Positions 51,942 to 62,190 are shown, counted from the first letter of the stretch. The stretch: 64,000 nt of DNA from an uncultured Gammaproteobacteria bacterium (GCA_964641255.1 CAZXMM010000001.1:143757-207756), one strand, 5' to 3'. Numbers and translations are program-made. The notes: generated from the sequence alone by a model not told the origin.

Positions 51942-52571
51942 CTAGGAGGGTGCCACCTCGGTTGGAGTGGGGGGAGAAGTGGGTACGGTTTTTTCCGCTT
52001 TGGTAGCGAGCATTTTTTCCATAGGAAATTTTTTAGCTAACCAATCGGTCAATTTCTCGGTGGCGGATTTTTGCCAAACTTCAATAAAGGGAAGAAACTG
52101 GGCAAGGTGGTCCCTAATTACACCTTCGTCCTCACGGTGAATTAAAAAAATTAGTTGACCAAAGACGTTTCTGTAGCCCACATGCAGTAGCCGCTGATCA
52201 CCTTTATCAGAAAACCAGAACACTCCCAGCTCAATCCAGAGGTAGGTGTGGCCTTGAGAGATTATCCCCTGGGTAGTTATTCGGTGTTCCACTTCTTCTG
52301 GTTGGACTTTGGAAAGAGCAAACAGTAAAAAAACAGTCGCCCAAGATAAAACAATTAGCAACCATTCCTGGAAAAAGGCAAAAATGATGGATAACAAAAG
52401 GGCGATGGTAGCGATTGTTGTAAACGCCCCTTTGGGGTACTGCCTTTCCGGGTGGGAGAGAGACTTCCAGACAAAGAGGTCGCGAACGCCTCGTTCGGCC
52501 TTGTTAGGTCGTTGCCAAATGGAGTCACTTTCTGTTTCTGGTGTGGGACTTGGGGCAGAATTTTCCATCAA
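51942..52571 (-). CDS. Two-TM hypothetical protein (DUF5673-like)
   Basis: TM hairpin followed by a PH-like segment HRITTQGI...Y.W..L..FW. Confidence 0.7.
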   Translation of the reverse strand: MMENSAPSPTPETESDSIWQRPNKAERGVRDLFVWKSLSHPERQYPKGAFTTIATIALLLSIIFAFFQEWLLIVLSWATVFLLFALSKVQPEEVEHRITTQGIISQGHTYLWIELGVFWFSDKGDQRLLHVGYRNVFGQLIFLIHREDEGVIRDHLAQFLPFIEVWQKSATEKLTDWLAKKFPMEKMLATKAEKTVPTSPPTPTEVAPS

Positions 52572-52624
52572 GTTTAACTATACGTCCAAACCACTGGTGT
52601 GTAAAGTAAAAGAGGTCCAGAGTT

Positions 52625-52804
52625 TTAGTAAGAGGTTTGGCCAAGAACGGTATTGCCAACAAGTGGACTTAAGAAGTTTCCTGGATTACTGACAAGTAGT
52701 AATAAAATTACCACAACCACTAAAAGTAGCAGAAATTCGTTTTGATCGAAGTGATGGTGGTTGTTTGATCTTGGTCCACTTTTTGTCAGCCTTTTCCGTT
52801 TCAT
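52625..52804 (-). CDS. Small membrane protein
   Basis: Basic N-terminus, one TM helix, ends VLGQTSY. Confidence 0.5.
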   Translation of the reverse strand: MKRKRLTKSGPRSNNHHHFDQNEFLLLLVVVVILLLLVSNPGNFLSPLVGNTVLGQTSY

Positions 52805-52873
52805 AATATTAGTATGGGATTTTGGGCGAATAATGTCAATTACCCACAAGGTTCGTTATAATAAACAATTAAA

Positions 52874-52956
52874 GGAGAGCGGGCAGGACGGTAATGCGCT
52901 GGTTTCGAAAACCAGTGCCCTAACTGGGCTAACAGGTTCGACTCCTGTGCTCTCCG
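52874..52956 (+). tRNA. tRNA-Ser(CGA)
   Basis: Anticodon stem CTGGT/ACCAG with loop TTCGAAA. Confidence 0.95.
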
Positions 52957-52990
52957 CCCCAATTGAGTGTTGAGTGGATTAAGACATATA

Positions 52991-54412
52991 ATGAACCAAA
53001 TGATCGTGACTAAAAAAACTAAGATTGTGGCTACGCTCGGGCCAGCCTGTGACAGTGTCGACCAAATCAGCTCTCTTATTGGAGCCGGCGTCAATGTGTT
53101 TCGTTTTAATATGAAACACAACGAATACGCTTGGCACGAGGAGCGAATGATAAGAGTGAGACAGGTAGCCCAGCAAATGGCGGCGGTAGTGGGGATACTA
53201 ATTGACCTCCAAGGCCCCGAGATTAGGATTGCCACTAGGGATCAACAGGTGGTCAATCTAGCCAGTGGGCAGGAGGTAGTATTTGGTAATAGCTTTGCCG
53301 ATCCTACGGTACAAATTCAACTGTCTCACGAAAACATTCTCCATTCGTTAGTGGCTGGTGATAGTTTGTTAATTGATGACGGTTTCGTCGAGCTCGTGGT
53401 TGTCAAAAGGGAGGCTGACAAAGTTGTGGCCAGGTCTCTTGAGGCCGCAGTTATAAAAAATCACAAGGGTTTAAATATTCCCGCCAAGGAGATAGATTTA
53501 CCGTCGTTAACTGCCAGTGATTTAGAGAAACTGGAGTTAGCGGCAAAACTAAGAGCAGACTTTGTTGGCCTGTCTTTTTGCCGAACCAAGACTGACCTGG
53601 AAATCTTAAAAAAGGAAATGGCTACCCGCGGTGTTAGCGCTAAAATTGTGGCCAAAATTGAAAATCAACAGGCCCTTAACAATATTGACGAGATTATTGA
53701 AAACGCCGATGCCGTTATGGTGGCTAGGGGCGATTTGGGGGTGGAGGTGCCCATGGAACAGCTGGCTTTTTGGCAAACCGAGATGATAAATAAATGCCGG
53801 CTGGCCGGTAAGCCGGTGATTGTGGCGACCCAAATGCTTCAGTCGATGATAGATAATCCCCGGCCCACCCGGGCTGAAGTCACTGACGTTGCTAACGCCG
53901 TGTTGCAAGGCACTGACGCAGTAATGCTCTCTGGGGAAACCGCTTCCGGTAAATACCCGGTTAAAACTGTAGAGATTATGGCCCAAATTGCCAACTATAA
54001 TGAGCAAAAAGCCAAAGTTCTAGAGTTAAACCAATCGCCAACTACTATGACGCAGTTGATTGCTTTGGGTGGGGCGCAAATTTTGCGGCAAACTGGCAAA
54101 CTGGCTATTGACGCCATTTTAGTTTTCACCCAAACAGGTAGAACTGCTGAAGTGATTTCCTCCTTTAGGTCCACAGTGCCGATAATTGCGGTTACCGATC
54201 AACAGGATAGTATTGGGAAATTGACCTTGTCTTACGGGGTGAATCCGGTTTTTGAAGAATTTCCCAGTGGCGAATTCTTGACTCCCACTGCGGTGGTTAC
54301 TCGGCTGGTAGCCAAAGGGGTTTTTAAGAAAGACCAGACAATTTTAGTTGTCCACGGTCAGCACTGGAAGACTCCGGGCCTCACTAACTCACTGTCAATT
54401 ATTACAGTTTAA
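52991..54412 (+). CDS. pyk: Pyruvate kinase
   Basis: TKIVATLGP, DLQGPEIR, AKIEN, VARGDLGVE, ATQML, MLSGETA. Confidence 0.97.
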   Translation: MNQMIVTKKTKIVATLGPACDSVDQISSLIGAGVNVFRFNMKHNEYAWHEERMIRVRQVAQQMAAVVGILIDLQGPEIRIATRDQQVVNLASGQEVVFGNSFADPTVQIQLSHENILHSLVAGDSLLIDDGFVELVVVKREADKVVARSLEAAVIKNHKGLNIPAKEIDLPSLTASDLEKLELAAKLRADFVGLSFCRTKTDLEILKKEMATRGVSAKIVAKIENQQALNNIDEIIENADAVMVARGDLGVEVPMEQLAFWQTEMINKCRLAGKPVIVATQMLQSMIDNPRPTRAEVTDVANAVLQGTDAVMLSGETASGKYPVKTVEIMAQIANYNEQKAKVLELNQSPTTMTQLIALGGAQILRQTGKLAIDAILVFTQTGRTAEVISSFRSTVPIIAVTDQQDSIGKLTLSYGVNPVFEEFPSGEFLTPTAVVTRLVAKGVFKKDQTILVVHGQHWKTPGLTNSLSIITV

Positions 54413-55865
54413 AACTCAGGATCATTTCGGAGAGATAGCGGTCAGTTGGAGCGTAGTTATCAGTTAACAAAGGAACACTACTACTAGTGTAGTATTTTGG
54501 TACCGGTTGATAAAAAAGGGTAGGGTGGGCAGAAGTGACCAAGTCGGTGTCTATTGGTTTATTTCCGGCTACTATGACCACATTGACGGCGGCCGGGTTT
54601 TTCTGGCCGTTACTGATTGGCAATAAACTGATGTAGGCAAACTCCTGTTTTAAAGTCTGGTAATAGGCCTGAAGCATTGTTGAGTCGTTATTCTTGGTAC
54701 CCGAGACCATGTTAACTAACAACATTCCATCAGGTTTTAAGCCCCTTTTAAGCAGTTTAATAGACTCATGGGTCGTTAGTTGGTAGGGAAGGCTATAAAA
54801 CGAGGAAAAGGCGTCAAGGAAAATCAGATCATATTTTTGGTGATTGCGGCCCAGAAATATTCGCCCGTCTTCGCTGTAGTTCTTAACTTTGCTCGAGGGC
54901 CGATAACCCAGGTACCGTTGAGACAATTGTGGCAACTGCTCGTCAATTTCCACGATGTCAAGACTACTGAGGGGAAACTGGGCGAGGAAATATTTCGGTA
55001 GAGTGTAGCCCCCGCCACCAATAAGAAGAGCTGACTGCGGGTGGGGATGTAAGTGACTAAGAACGAGAAAGGCTTCTAAATAGGGGAAAACGATCTCATC
55101 GCTGCTGAGATTTATTGCCGAGTGCATTTCTTTGTTGATTTGTAAGTAACGAATCTTGTCCACATCAAAAATTTTTACAAAACTGTAGAGAGTTTCACCT
55201 TGAAAAATCAGTCCTGTCCCGCCCGGTTGACTTATAAACAGTCCCCCGGCTAGAAGAGTGAGTATTAGAAAAGACTTCCCCATTGTATTAGCTCGGTAAA
55301 GCACCAGAGCCAGAATAAGAAGGGAGACCGCCAAAATAGCAAGGATTTGGGTAAGACCCAAATAGCTGACTAGCACAAAGCCCGCTAAAAAAGTGCCCAC
55401 GATACTGCCGATAGTGGCAGTGGCGCTGAGTTTTCCGGCAATTTCCCCACTGTCCCCCACACTATTTATCGCTAGGCGGGTAGCGTAAGGTGAGACCATG
55501 GCCAAAAAAATACTGGCGGGAGAAAATAGCAGTAAACCGGCTAGGACGGAGGCCAGTCGTAAATCTGGAGTAACTATTAGGACCAAACTAAGCAGTGGGT
55601 CTTTCAGTAGGGTTAATAGACTAACGGCTACGGCTGCGGCTAATACCAGTTTGCTGAGGGTTATCAGACTTGGGTTGTTATTAGAGATTTTACCGCCGAG
55701 ATAGTAGCCCAAACTCAAGCTCCCTAGGATGACACCGATTAGCCCGGTCCAAGTGTACAGAGAGACACCCAGGTAAGGAGCCAGGATTCGTGAGCCGATG
55801 ATTTCTAGTATCATCACGACCGCTCCACAGACGAAGACAACTAGTTTTAAGGTAGTATTGATCAT
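54402..55865 (-). CDS. Fused MFS-like/spermidine synthase-like protein
   Basis: N-terminal TM region EIIGSRILAPYLG; IGGGGY, VEID, YDLIFLDAF, LTDNYAP. Confidence 0.9.
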   Translation of the reverse strand: MINTTLKLVVFVCGAVVMILEIIGSRILAPYLGVSLYTWTGLIGVILGSLSLGYYLGGKISNNNPSLITLSKLVLAAAVAVSLLTLLKDPLLSLVLIVTPDLRLASVLAGLLLFSPASIFLAMVSPYATRLAINSVGDSGEIAGKLSATATIGSIVGTFLAGFVLVSYLGLTQILAILAVSLLILALVLYRANTMGKSFLILTLLAGGLFISQPGGTGLIFQGETLYSFVKIFDVDKIRYLQINKEMHSAINLSSDEIVFPYLEAFLVLSHLHPHPQSALLIGGGGYTLPKYFLAQFPLSSLDIVEIDEQLPQLSQRYLGYRPSSKVKNYSEDGRIFLGRNHQKYDLIFLDAFSSFYSLPYQLTTHESIKLLKRGLKPDGMLLVNMVSGTKNNDSTMLQAYYQTLKQEFAYISLLPISNGQKNPAAVNVVIVAGNKPIDTDLVTSAHPTLFYQPVPKYYTSSSVPLLTDNYAPTDRYLSEMILSFKL

Positions 55866-55957
55866 AATTTTGGCGGTGTTTATTAGAAAATATTCCTATG
55901 GACCACTGGCGACTTACTATGAAATCCTAAAGGATTTAACTCGAGCAGCCGATTGTT

Positions 55958-56896
55958 TTAGTTTTTATCTATATGCCTTTCAAAATCGTTCACTAAGGTA
56001 ACTACCGAGTCGCCTTTGCCTTCTTGCTCCCAATCAATTTTTGGCGGGTGGTAATTTGGAGGACGAAAATCAGTCATACTTTTATAGTCGCTTTCTGACA
56101 TCTGAAAATCTGTTGACGCGACATTTTCGTCTATATGATTATTATTCGTAGAAAACACCATCGGACTGTATCCCAAATAGCAAATCCAATTTAATATGAT
56201 TTGGCTTTGGGTCTTACCATATTTCTTCGCGAGCTGGACAAGAAGTTGCCAATTATGTTCGAACGTCAAACTTCGCCGAAGCGGCCGCCAGATAATGTTT
56301 TTAACCCCTAACTCGTCGCAAGTAGCAAAAACTCCTTTGTCTTGCAATGCCCTGACCTCAAAACTGAGATGTCCCTCGTGTGCATAAAATTTATCACCAA
56401 ATTTTTTCTTAAAGGCTCTAAGACATTTCGGACTTGCGTTTGAAAGACTAACAAATCTTGTTTTTCCAGATTTTAGAAGTTCGTGTAAAAGAGAGAAACT
56501 TGGTTGTTCGCCAAATTTAGCTATAAAAGATTGGGTGATAAGAGTCGAATCGGCATAATCAGTTTCCATTATTTCATAAAATCTGGTGATGTCTTGATTA
56601 GCGATTTCTATTGACGCTAAATCTCTCGGATATAAAGAGTGTGTTAAAAATATATCTTGCCTATCGATAGAGCTTTCATCGAGAGCCTCTTTAAAAAGAG
56701 TGAGAGATTCGCCATGACCATACCCTAAGGCAATCTCGGTGAAATTGACATTTTTCTTGAGAGTGTGGACTAGAGCATCAACGTATTTTTTACCCCCAAC
56801 CCTTTCGGTAAGAGCCATATCTCTATGGCCTCGTCCTCCGACACCGTAAGTCCCGATACCAATTTTTGATAAATTCTTACCAGATAAAGTTTTCAT
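55958..56896 (-). CDS. Aldo/keto reductase family protein (divergent)
   Basis: IGIGTYGVGG, YG.G.S, GKTRFVSLSN, LAKKYGKTQSQIILNW, HIDENV. Confidence 0.85.
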   Translation of the reverse strand: MKTLSGKNLSKIGIGTYGVGGRGHRDMALTERVGGKKYVDALVHTLKKNVNFTEIALGYGHGESLTLFKEALDESSIDRQDIFLTHSLYPRDLASIEIANQDITRFYEIMETDYADSTLITQSFIAKFGEQPSFSLLHELLKSGKTRFVSLSNASPKCLRAFKKKFGDKFYAHEGHLSFEVRALQDKGVFATCDELGVKNIIWRPLRRSLTFEHNWQLLVQLAKKYGKTQSQIILNWICYLGYSPMVFSTNNNHIDENVASTDFQMSESDYKSMTDFRPPNYHPPKIDWEQEGKGDSVVTLVNDFERHIDKN

Positions 56897-56898
56897 AA

Positions 56899-57012
56899 TT
56901 ATCTCAATAAATCTTCAACGAAAACGCTGCGGGCTTTAGCAATTTTTGTTACCATCTGTGCTCCTGACTTGGTTACACAATTGCTTTCGATCTTGGCGAG
57001 AGTGGAATACTT
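56899..57012 (-). pseudogene. 5'-truncated XRE-HTH, homolog of 48564-48761
   Basis: KYSTLAKIESNCVTKSGAQMVTKIAKARSVFVEDLLR compared with KYSTLTKIEGGVVTKPSVQTIQKIAKSLGVPMEEIVK. Confidence 0.85.
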
Positions 57013-57155
57013 GTATCCGTAAGATTATGATAGCAATTTTTTTAATTCTCTCCAAGAAAGCCCAGCTTCTACCTTAGTAAATAACGGGCTGCAATATCAC
57101 AAAAAACGGCTGGGGAGTCCGCGTAGCGGCCGAGCCCATGACTCCATTTCCTAAC

Positions 57156-57245
57156 TGGCGGAGGAGACAGGATTCGAACCTGCGCGAGCCTTGCGGCTCA
57201 GAGAGTTAGCAACCCTCCGCAATGGACCAACTATGCGACTCCTCC
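57156..57245 (-). tRNA. tRNA-Ser(GCT)
   Basis: Anticodon loop TTGCTAA, long variable arm, CCA encoded. Confidence 0.95.
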
Positions 57246-57320
57246 CGGCAAATTTCAATTATAACAGCTACCGAAGCCCTCTTCACTTGATTGTCTGGAC
57301 TAATCTATTAAGATTGCCCT

Positions 57321-58019
57321 ATGAAAGCTACTTTGGAGGTTCACGAAATTCAGCGCCAGATTATTGTTTCCCTACTGCTTAAACCCAAGCAATCATTTGG
57401 GAAGTTGAATGCTGCCAAAATTCCTAGTGACCACTTTAACTTTCACCTTCAGTCGTTAGTAGGGTCAGGGCTAGTAAAAAAGACTGGTGATGGGTACGAA
57501 CTTAGTAGTACTGGTAAGGAATTTGGCAACCGTTTTGACACTGAGGCAGTTCAATTAGAGAAACAAGCTAAGGTCGGTATTCTCCTTGTTTGTCAACGCA
57601 AACAAAAAGGAAGCACTCAGTATCTTATTCAACAGCGTCTTAAACAACCCTATTATGGTTATTACGGATTTCCTGGGGGCAAAGTCAGATATGGGGAGAC
57701 CATAGTTGAGGCTGCCAGTAGGGAATTACTTGAAGAAACTGGACTGACTGGTACTCTTACAATTGTTGGGATCAAACATAAAATGGATTATTCACCGACT
57801 AAAGAGTTACTTGAAGATAAGATTTTTTTAATTTTCAAAGCCACCAAAGTTAAGGGTGACTATAAAACTACTTTTCGTGAAGGTCGGAATAAGTGGCTAA
57901 CAAGGCAGGAAATTTTAAGGCTCCCCAATTTGTTTGATGGGGTCAGTGAGACGATTGACATGAGTAATGCTAAAGCGCTTCAATTTGTTGAAGCTAAATA
58001 TACTGTGAGTGGATTCTAG
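57321..58019 (+). CDS. wHTH-NUDIX fusion protein
   Basis: N-terminal wHTH (FNFHLQSLV..GLV.K); PGGKVRYGE....AASRELLEETG. Confidence 0.88.
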   Translation: MKATLEVHEIQRQIIVSLLLKPKQSFGKLNAAKIPSDHFNFHLQSLVGSGLVKKTGDGYELSSTGKEFGNRFDTEAVQLEKQAKVGILLVCQRKQKGSTQYLIQQRLKQPYYGYYGFPGGKVRYGETIVEAASRELLEETGLTGTLTIVGIKHKMDYSPTKELLEDKIFLIFKATKVKGDYKTTFREGRNKWLTRQEILRLPNLFDGVSETIDMSNAKALQFVEAKYTVSGF

Positions 58020-58047
58020 TCGGGGAAGAAACAGTTACAATTGAGTG

Positions 58048-58743
58048 ATGTGGGATTTTGTTCTCGATGTACTTTTCCCCCGACACTGCCTCTCCTGTGG
58101 TAAATTCGGCTCTTTCTTTTGCCCCCGCTGTCAGCAACTAGTGGTTAAGTACACTACGACTCTTTGCCCGTATTGCCAGCGGCCCAGTCGCTCCGGATTG
58201 ACCCACCAAAAATGTCAACCCAAAAACGGACTGGACGGCTTGTTTGTTTGGGCTCACTACCGGGGGCCAATCCCAATGTTGGTCCACGTGATTAAGTACG
58301 AGGGGGTTTATGGGGTATTAGGAGAGTTGGCCACTCTTATGGCCAAGGATTATGGTGGCGGCTTTACTTTTGACTATCTCGTCCCCATTCCTTTGGCCAA
58401 GAAGCGGCTGCGAGACCGGGGGTTTAATCAGGCCGAGGTGTTAGCTAAGAAGTTACAGCCGCTCTTAAATTCTTCGGTAGCCAGTCTGTTAAAAAGAACC
58501 AGAGAGACCGAACCCCAGTTTGATTTAGGTTACCAAGCCAGAAAGAAAAATTTAGCCAACGCTTTTGCTCTCAACACTAGTCTTTTTGTTACTCCAGTGA
58601 GCCTTTACCCCCTTGCTGGTGGCTCATTTTGTCTAATTGACGATGTGGTGACTACCGGCACCACCCTTTTTGAGTGTGCCAGTGTTTTAAAACAGGCTGG
58701 GGCCAATAAAGTCTACGCCATTGCTATTGCTAGGGGCGGGTAA
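58048..58743 (+). CDS. comF: ComF family competence protein
   Basis: Double zinc ribbon, RGFNQAE, LIDDVVTTGTT. Confidence 0.93.
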   Translation: MWDFVLDVLFPRHCLSCGKFGSFFCPRCQQLVVKYTTTLCPYCQRPSRSGLTHQKCQPKNGLDGLFVWAHYRGPIPMLVHVIKYEGVYGVLGELATLMAKDYGGGFTFDYLVPIPLAKKRLRDRGFNQAEVLAKKLQPLLNSSVASLLKRTRETEPQFDLGYQARKKNLANAFALNTSLFVTPVSLYPLAGGSFCLIDDVVTTGTTLFECASVLKQAGANKVYAIAIARGG

Positions 58744-58748
58744 ATATG

Positions 58749-59161
58749 TGGAGATGGGGGGAATGATCCCCCGTGTGAAATCACGACCTCTAAACATCTA
58801 CAAGCTTAGATGATTCTGGAATTTCAAAGCAATCAATCGAATCATCAAGAAAATTACCTCTAGATTTATTGTCTTAGTTTATTAAAGAAAATCAGCCTTT
58901 AATAACAGCGTCTTGGCTGTGTTTATGCTCCAAAGATCCCACCAAGAGAAGACCTTGGGAACAGACTTACGCTACTTGAGCGTAGGCAAAAGCAAAATTG
59001 CTTTTGCGCGTTGCGGAAAGAGCTTTTTCAAGCTTTTCGTAAAACGCGGTCAGTGTGGATTGTGTTCCAGCACTTAAGTTTTCGATACCGTCTTTTACGA
59101 TGAAGGTATCCTAATCGGCTTGCAGTTTTTAAAGTGCGACTTCGTCGATTCGTACATCCCC
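58749..59161 (-). ncRNA. ssrA: tmRNA
   Basis: Acceptor GGGGATG/CATCTCC-A with a G3.U70 pair; next to smpB; tag ORF 59071-58967 ending FAFAYAQVA. Confidence 0.92.
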
Positions 59162-59166
59162 ATTTT

Positions 59167-59604
59167 TTACTCTTTTCCTCTTAAAGCTTGTTCAACTTCG
59201 CGATCCTCAGTGCGTTTTTTTATGGATGCTCTTTTATCCCACTTTTTCTTACCTTTGCCAATGGCGATCTCCAGCTTGAAGAGGTTGCCCTTATTATACA
59301 GTGCCAAAGGGACTACGGTCAAACCGTCTTTAGCCACTTTGGTCGCAAGAGAGAGGAGTTGTCTTTTATGAAGAAGTAGCCTGCGGCTACGGGTAGGCTC
59401 GATGATTTGCTGCGAGTTTTGGTAAGGATGGATGTGGGCTCCTACTAAAAAGGCTCCCCCGTCTCGGAAGTGGACAAAAGCCTCTTGGAGAGAAATTTGC
59501 CCGGCTCGTACTGATTTAACTTCGGGACCCAAAAGAGCGATTCCTGCTTCCAGGGTCTCTAAAATATCATAATTAAATCTGGCGGCACGATTTTCCACTC
59601 TCAT
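59167..59604 (-). CDS. smpB: SsrA-binding protein
   Basis: NRAARFNY, EAGIALLGPEVKS, RRLLLHK, GKKKWDKR. Confidence 0.97.
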   Translation of the reverse strand: MRVENRAARFNYDILETLEAGIALLGPEVKSVRAGQISLQEAFVHFRDGGAFLVGAHIHPYQNSQQIIEPTRSRRLLLHKRQLLSLATKVAKDGLTVVPLALYNKGNLFKLEIAIGKGKKKWDKRASIKKRTEDREVEQALRGKE

Positions 59605-59646
59605 GAGCCTATTATCTCACAAGCACGGGGAGAAGAAGGGAAATTT

Positions 59647-60054
59647 TTAAAAGGGAAATTGGATTTTTAGCTCCTTGAAGCTTTTTAACCGCTTATCATT
59701 GGTGATAAACCTACTTGCCTTTGCGCTCTTGGCGGTTGCTAGTTGGATGGCGTCAGGTAAACGATAGGAATATTCTCTTCTAATTCTTGCTGCTTCAAGA
59801 GCGATTTCTTGGTTAACTTCCAAAGTTACTAGGTTTGGTGTTTCAAAATAAAGTGACTGTAGTTGCTTGGCTATCTCGGACGTAGTAGTGAGGGAGAGAA
59901 GTTCGATCAGGGTGATAACACTAGTGACAGCCCTAGTCTTGTTAAGGGCTAATGATGTAAATATCTTTTGGGTGGTTGGACCAAATTTTGGATGGGACTG
60001 ATAATAGTAGATAAAAATGTTGGTGTCGATTCCAACTAGACTGTCTCTTACCAT
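59647..60054 (-). CDS. vapC: PIN-domain toxin
   Basis: IDTNIFIY, ITLIEL, LPDAIQLATA, FITND. Confidence 0.9.
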   Translation of the reverse strand: MVRDSLVGIDTNIFIYYYQSHPKFGPTTQKIFTSLALNKTRAVTSVITLIELLSLTTTSEIAKQLQSLYFETPNLVTLEVNQEIALEAARIRREYSYRLPDAIQLATAKSAKASRFITNDKRLKSFKELKIQFPF

Positions 60055-60284
60055 TCGTTGCGCATTTTTTCTAACTGCTTAATAACATTTAGATTCTTCC
60101 AGGTTTTAGCCATAGCTCCGTAGCTGCTCTCTAGCCAACTATTCTGGCTTACTTTAAGAGCCACAGTATTTTGATCTAGGGGGTAGACAATAATTTTTCG
60201 GCCCGGTCTCATTCCGATAACCCTTTCGCGGATCTCCTTGGGAATAACAATTTGATTTTTCGACCCAATAATAGCTTGTTGCAT
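60048..60284 (-). CDS. AbrB/MazE-type antitoxin
   Basis: IGSKNQIVIPKEIRE...MRNEW; overlaps vapC. Confidence 0.88.
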   Translation of the reverse strand: MQQAIIGSKNQIVIPKEIRERVIGMRPGRKIIVYPLDQNTVALKVSQNSWLESSYGAMAKTWKNLNVIKQLEKMRNEW

Positions 60285-60317
60285 AGTATGTCAATACTAC
60301 TAAATTTTGACATACTA
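60284..60317. promoter_or_regulatory. Palindromic operator of the TA operon
   Basis: TAGTATGTCAA-N12-TTGACATACTA. Confidence 0.7.
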
Positions 60318-60335
60318 GTCAAGGCTTAGTTGCAG

Positions 60336-62171
60336 CTAACGCAGATCAAATGAGAAGATCTTACTCTCAGACACCAAAAAGACTTTTTTAACCTTTTCGT
60401 CAACTAGGAGTGACCTAACAACTAAATTTTTCTTATCTGGCAACACGTATTGGGCCACATAAGTTCCCTTTTTAGTGACGACCCAGACGCGACTACTATT
60501 GTCGTCGAGAAAATAGAGATTTTCTGTCCCATCAGTGACAAAAAGATGGCTGGGATTTTTTAGTTCTGTTGGCAGTCCGATAAAGCTAAAGTCTTCCGGG
60601 GAGCCGCCACTAAATTTAACGAGTGTTCCTGATTGGGAAAGCACATAGACTGAGCCGTCAATGCCCAGAGAGTTAGTCTTAGATAGGTTAAGAGATAACC
60701 CCTTGACTAAGTAGGAGGTTAGATCGCTAAAGCCAGTCTCACTGCCTTGATATTTCCAAATTTCATTCTTGTCACTGTCCAAGAGATAAAGGTTGCCAGC
60801 AAAAGTGACCATACTCTTAATACTGCCCCAGTCACTGCTGGCGGGAATAATTTTTTTAAGTGGCCCCTCGTCTTTAAAGAGTTTGGTATAAATACCGGTA
60901 TTGCCCAGAACGTAAACGCTGGTGGGGGAAAAGTCCACTAATTGAGCCGATTTTAACTCCTCAGTCCCGCCAACAATCACCGCGTTTTTAGTGTCGGTAG
61001 TTAGCGAGTAAACCGCCCCATTTTTGGCATCAAGAGCCACAACTTTCCCATCGTGTAAGTTGGCCGAAACAATGCCGGGACCATTTCTAAGGAGAGCAAA
61101 ATCGTAAAAAGTGGTCAAACTGGCGACAGAGTGAATTTTGGATACCTGGCGTATTTGGTCATCTAATTTAGCGATCAACAAATTCACCGCTTTTTGCTCT
61201 GTTGGTCCCAGTCCCTTAGTTTGTTGTTCCAGATTTAGTTTTTGGGTGAGAAGAGCATTTCTGGCAGCCAGTTGGTTGAGTTCACCTAAGTTTTTAGCAC
61301 TAACAATACTGGTATCTACTTCGGTTGTCAGGTTGGCAATCAGTTGAGCACTACTTTCCGAAGCCCGGGAGCGGAGCTGAAAAGCGAGTAAGGACATTAA
61401 AGTAACCAATACGATGAGGGCCAGGTAAAGCGGCTTGCGCACTGACCTGGGGGCAGTTGGATCACTAAAAGAGCGGAGTAGATGGTGGGGACTAAACTCT
61501 CTTAATAATCTTTGGCTCCAGAGCGGTTTAGTGACCAAGATGTCTTGGCTAACTACTCTCTCTGGAGGAGCTGCCTCTGGTTCGGTAGTGATTTCTGCTG
61601 GTTCGTTATAATTTACAAAAAGGGCGCTTACGGGTTCGGGAGTGGTGGCTGATTCCACGAGCGCGAGTAGGCCGTCCCTCTGTTCTACTGCCGAAGCATT
61701 ATTCCCTTCAGCCAGGGTGGTTAAAACTACTAAATCAAAAAAAGCCTTAGTGCCCAGGATCAAAAGATCGTTTTTTTCTAAGGGTCCATGAAGCTCTTTT
61801 TGCTCCTGGTCGTTAAAGTCCAACAAACTAACAATTTTTTTGGCGCGAATCAGTTTGGCTCCGACTTGACCCAGCTTGCTGATTATTAAGTGTCGGCCCT
61901 CAACTTGGGTTAGAACAATACTGAGAGAGAGTTCGGGAAGTAGCGACTGCTTAACCTGCGTAATAATCTCATTAGGCGGAGGAGCTGGAGACTGAGTGAG
62001 GAAATTCTCGATGAGGCTAACAACGCCGCGACCCTGTTCAAGGTCAATGGGGGTTTCTGAGCTGAGAAGGATTAGTCCATAGTAGTGACCACTAGCGATG
62101 GTTTGAGTGTAAAATTGACTCTGCACTTTGCCGCTAAGAGCAGCATGGTCAAGCATGGATCTAGTATACAT
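60336..62171 (-). CDS. Membrane protein: degenerate PP2C-like N-domain, TM helix, C-terminal beta-propeller
   Basis: LEKNDLLILGT; one TM; repeats NLYLLD and DGSVYVL. Confidence 0.7.
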   Translation of the reverse strand: MYTRSMLDHAALSGKVQSQFYTQTIASGHYYGLILLSSETPIDLEQGRGVVSLIENFLTQSPAPPPNEIITQVKQSLLPELSLSIVLTQVEGRHLIISKLGQVGAKLIRAKKIVSLLDFNDQEQKELHGPLEKNDLLILGTKAFFDLVVLTTLAEGNNASAVEQRDGLLALVESATTPEPVSALFVNYNEPAEITTEPEAAPPERVVSQDILVTKPLWSQRLLREFSPHHLLRSFSDPTAPRSVRKPLYLALIVLVTLMSLLAFQLRSRASESSAQLIANLTTEVDTSIVSAKNLGELNQLAARNALLTQKLNLEQQTKGLGPTEQKAVNLLIAKLDDQIRQVSKIHSVASLTTFYDFALLRNGPGIVSANLHDGKVVALDAKNGAVYSLTTDTKNAVIVGGTEELKSAQLVDFSPTSVYVLGNTGIYTKLFKDEGPLKKIIPASSDWGSIKSMVTFAGNLYLLDSDKNEIWKYQGSETGFSDLTSYLVKGLSLNLSKTNSLGIDGSVYVLSQSGTLVKFSGGSPEDFSFIGLPTELKNPSHLFVTDGTENLYFLDDNSSRVWVVTKKGTYVAQYVLPDKKNLVVRSLLVDEKVKKVFLVSESKIFSFDLR

Positions 62172-62190
62172 AATTTGTTAGGATTAGTGC

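Larger units (their letters stand above)
55871..57161. mobile_element. Decayed integrative element at tRNA-Ser(GCT)
   Basis: TGGCGG direct repeat at 55871 and 57156, XRE remnant, AT-rich cargo, no integrase. Confidence 0.7.
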
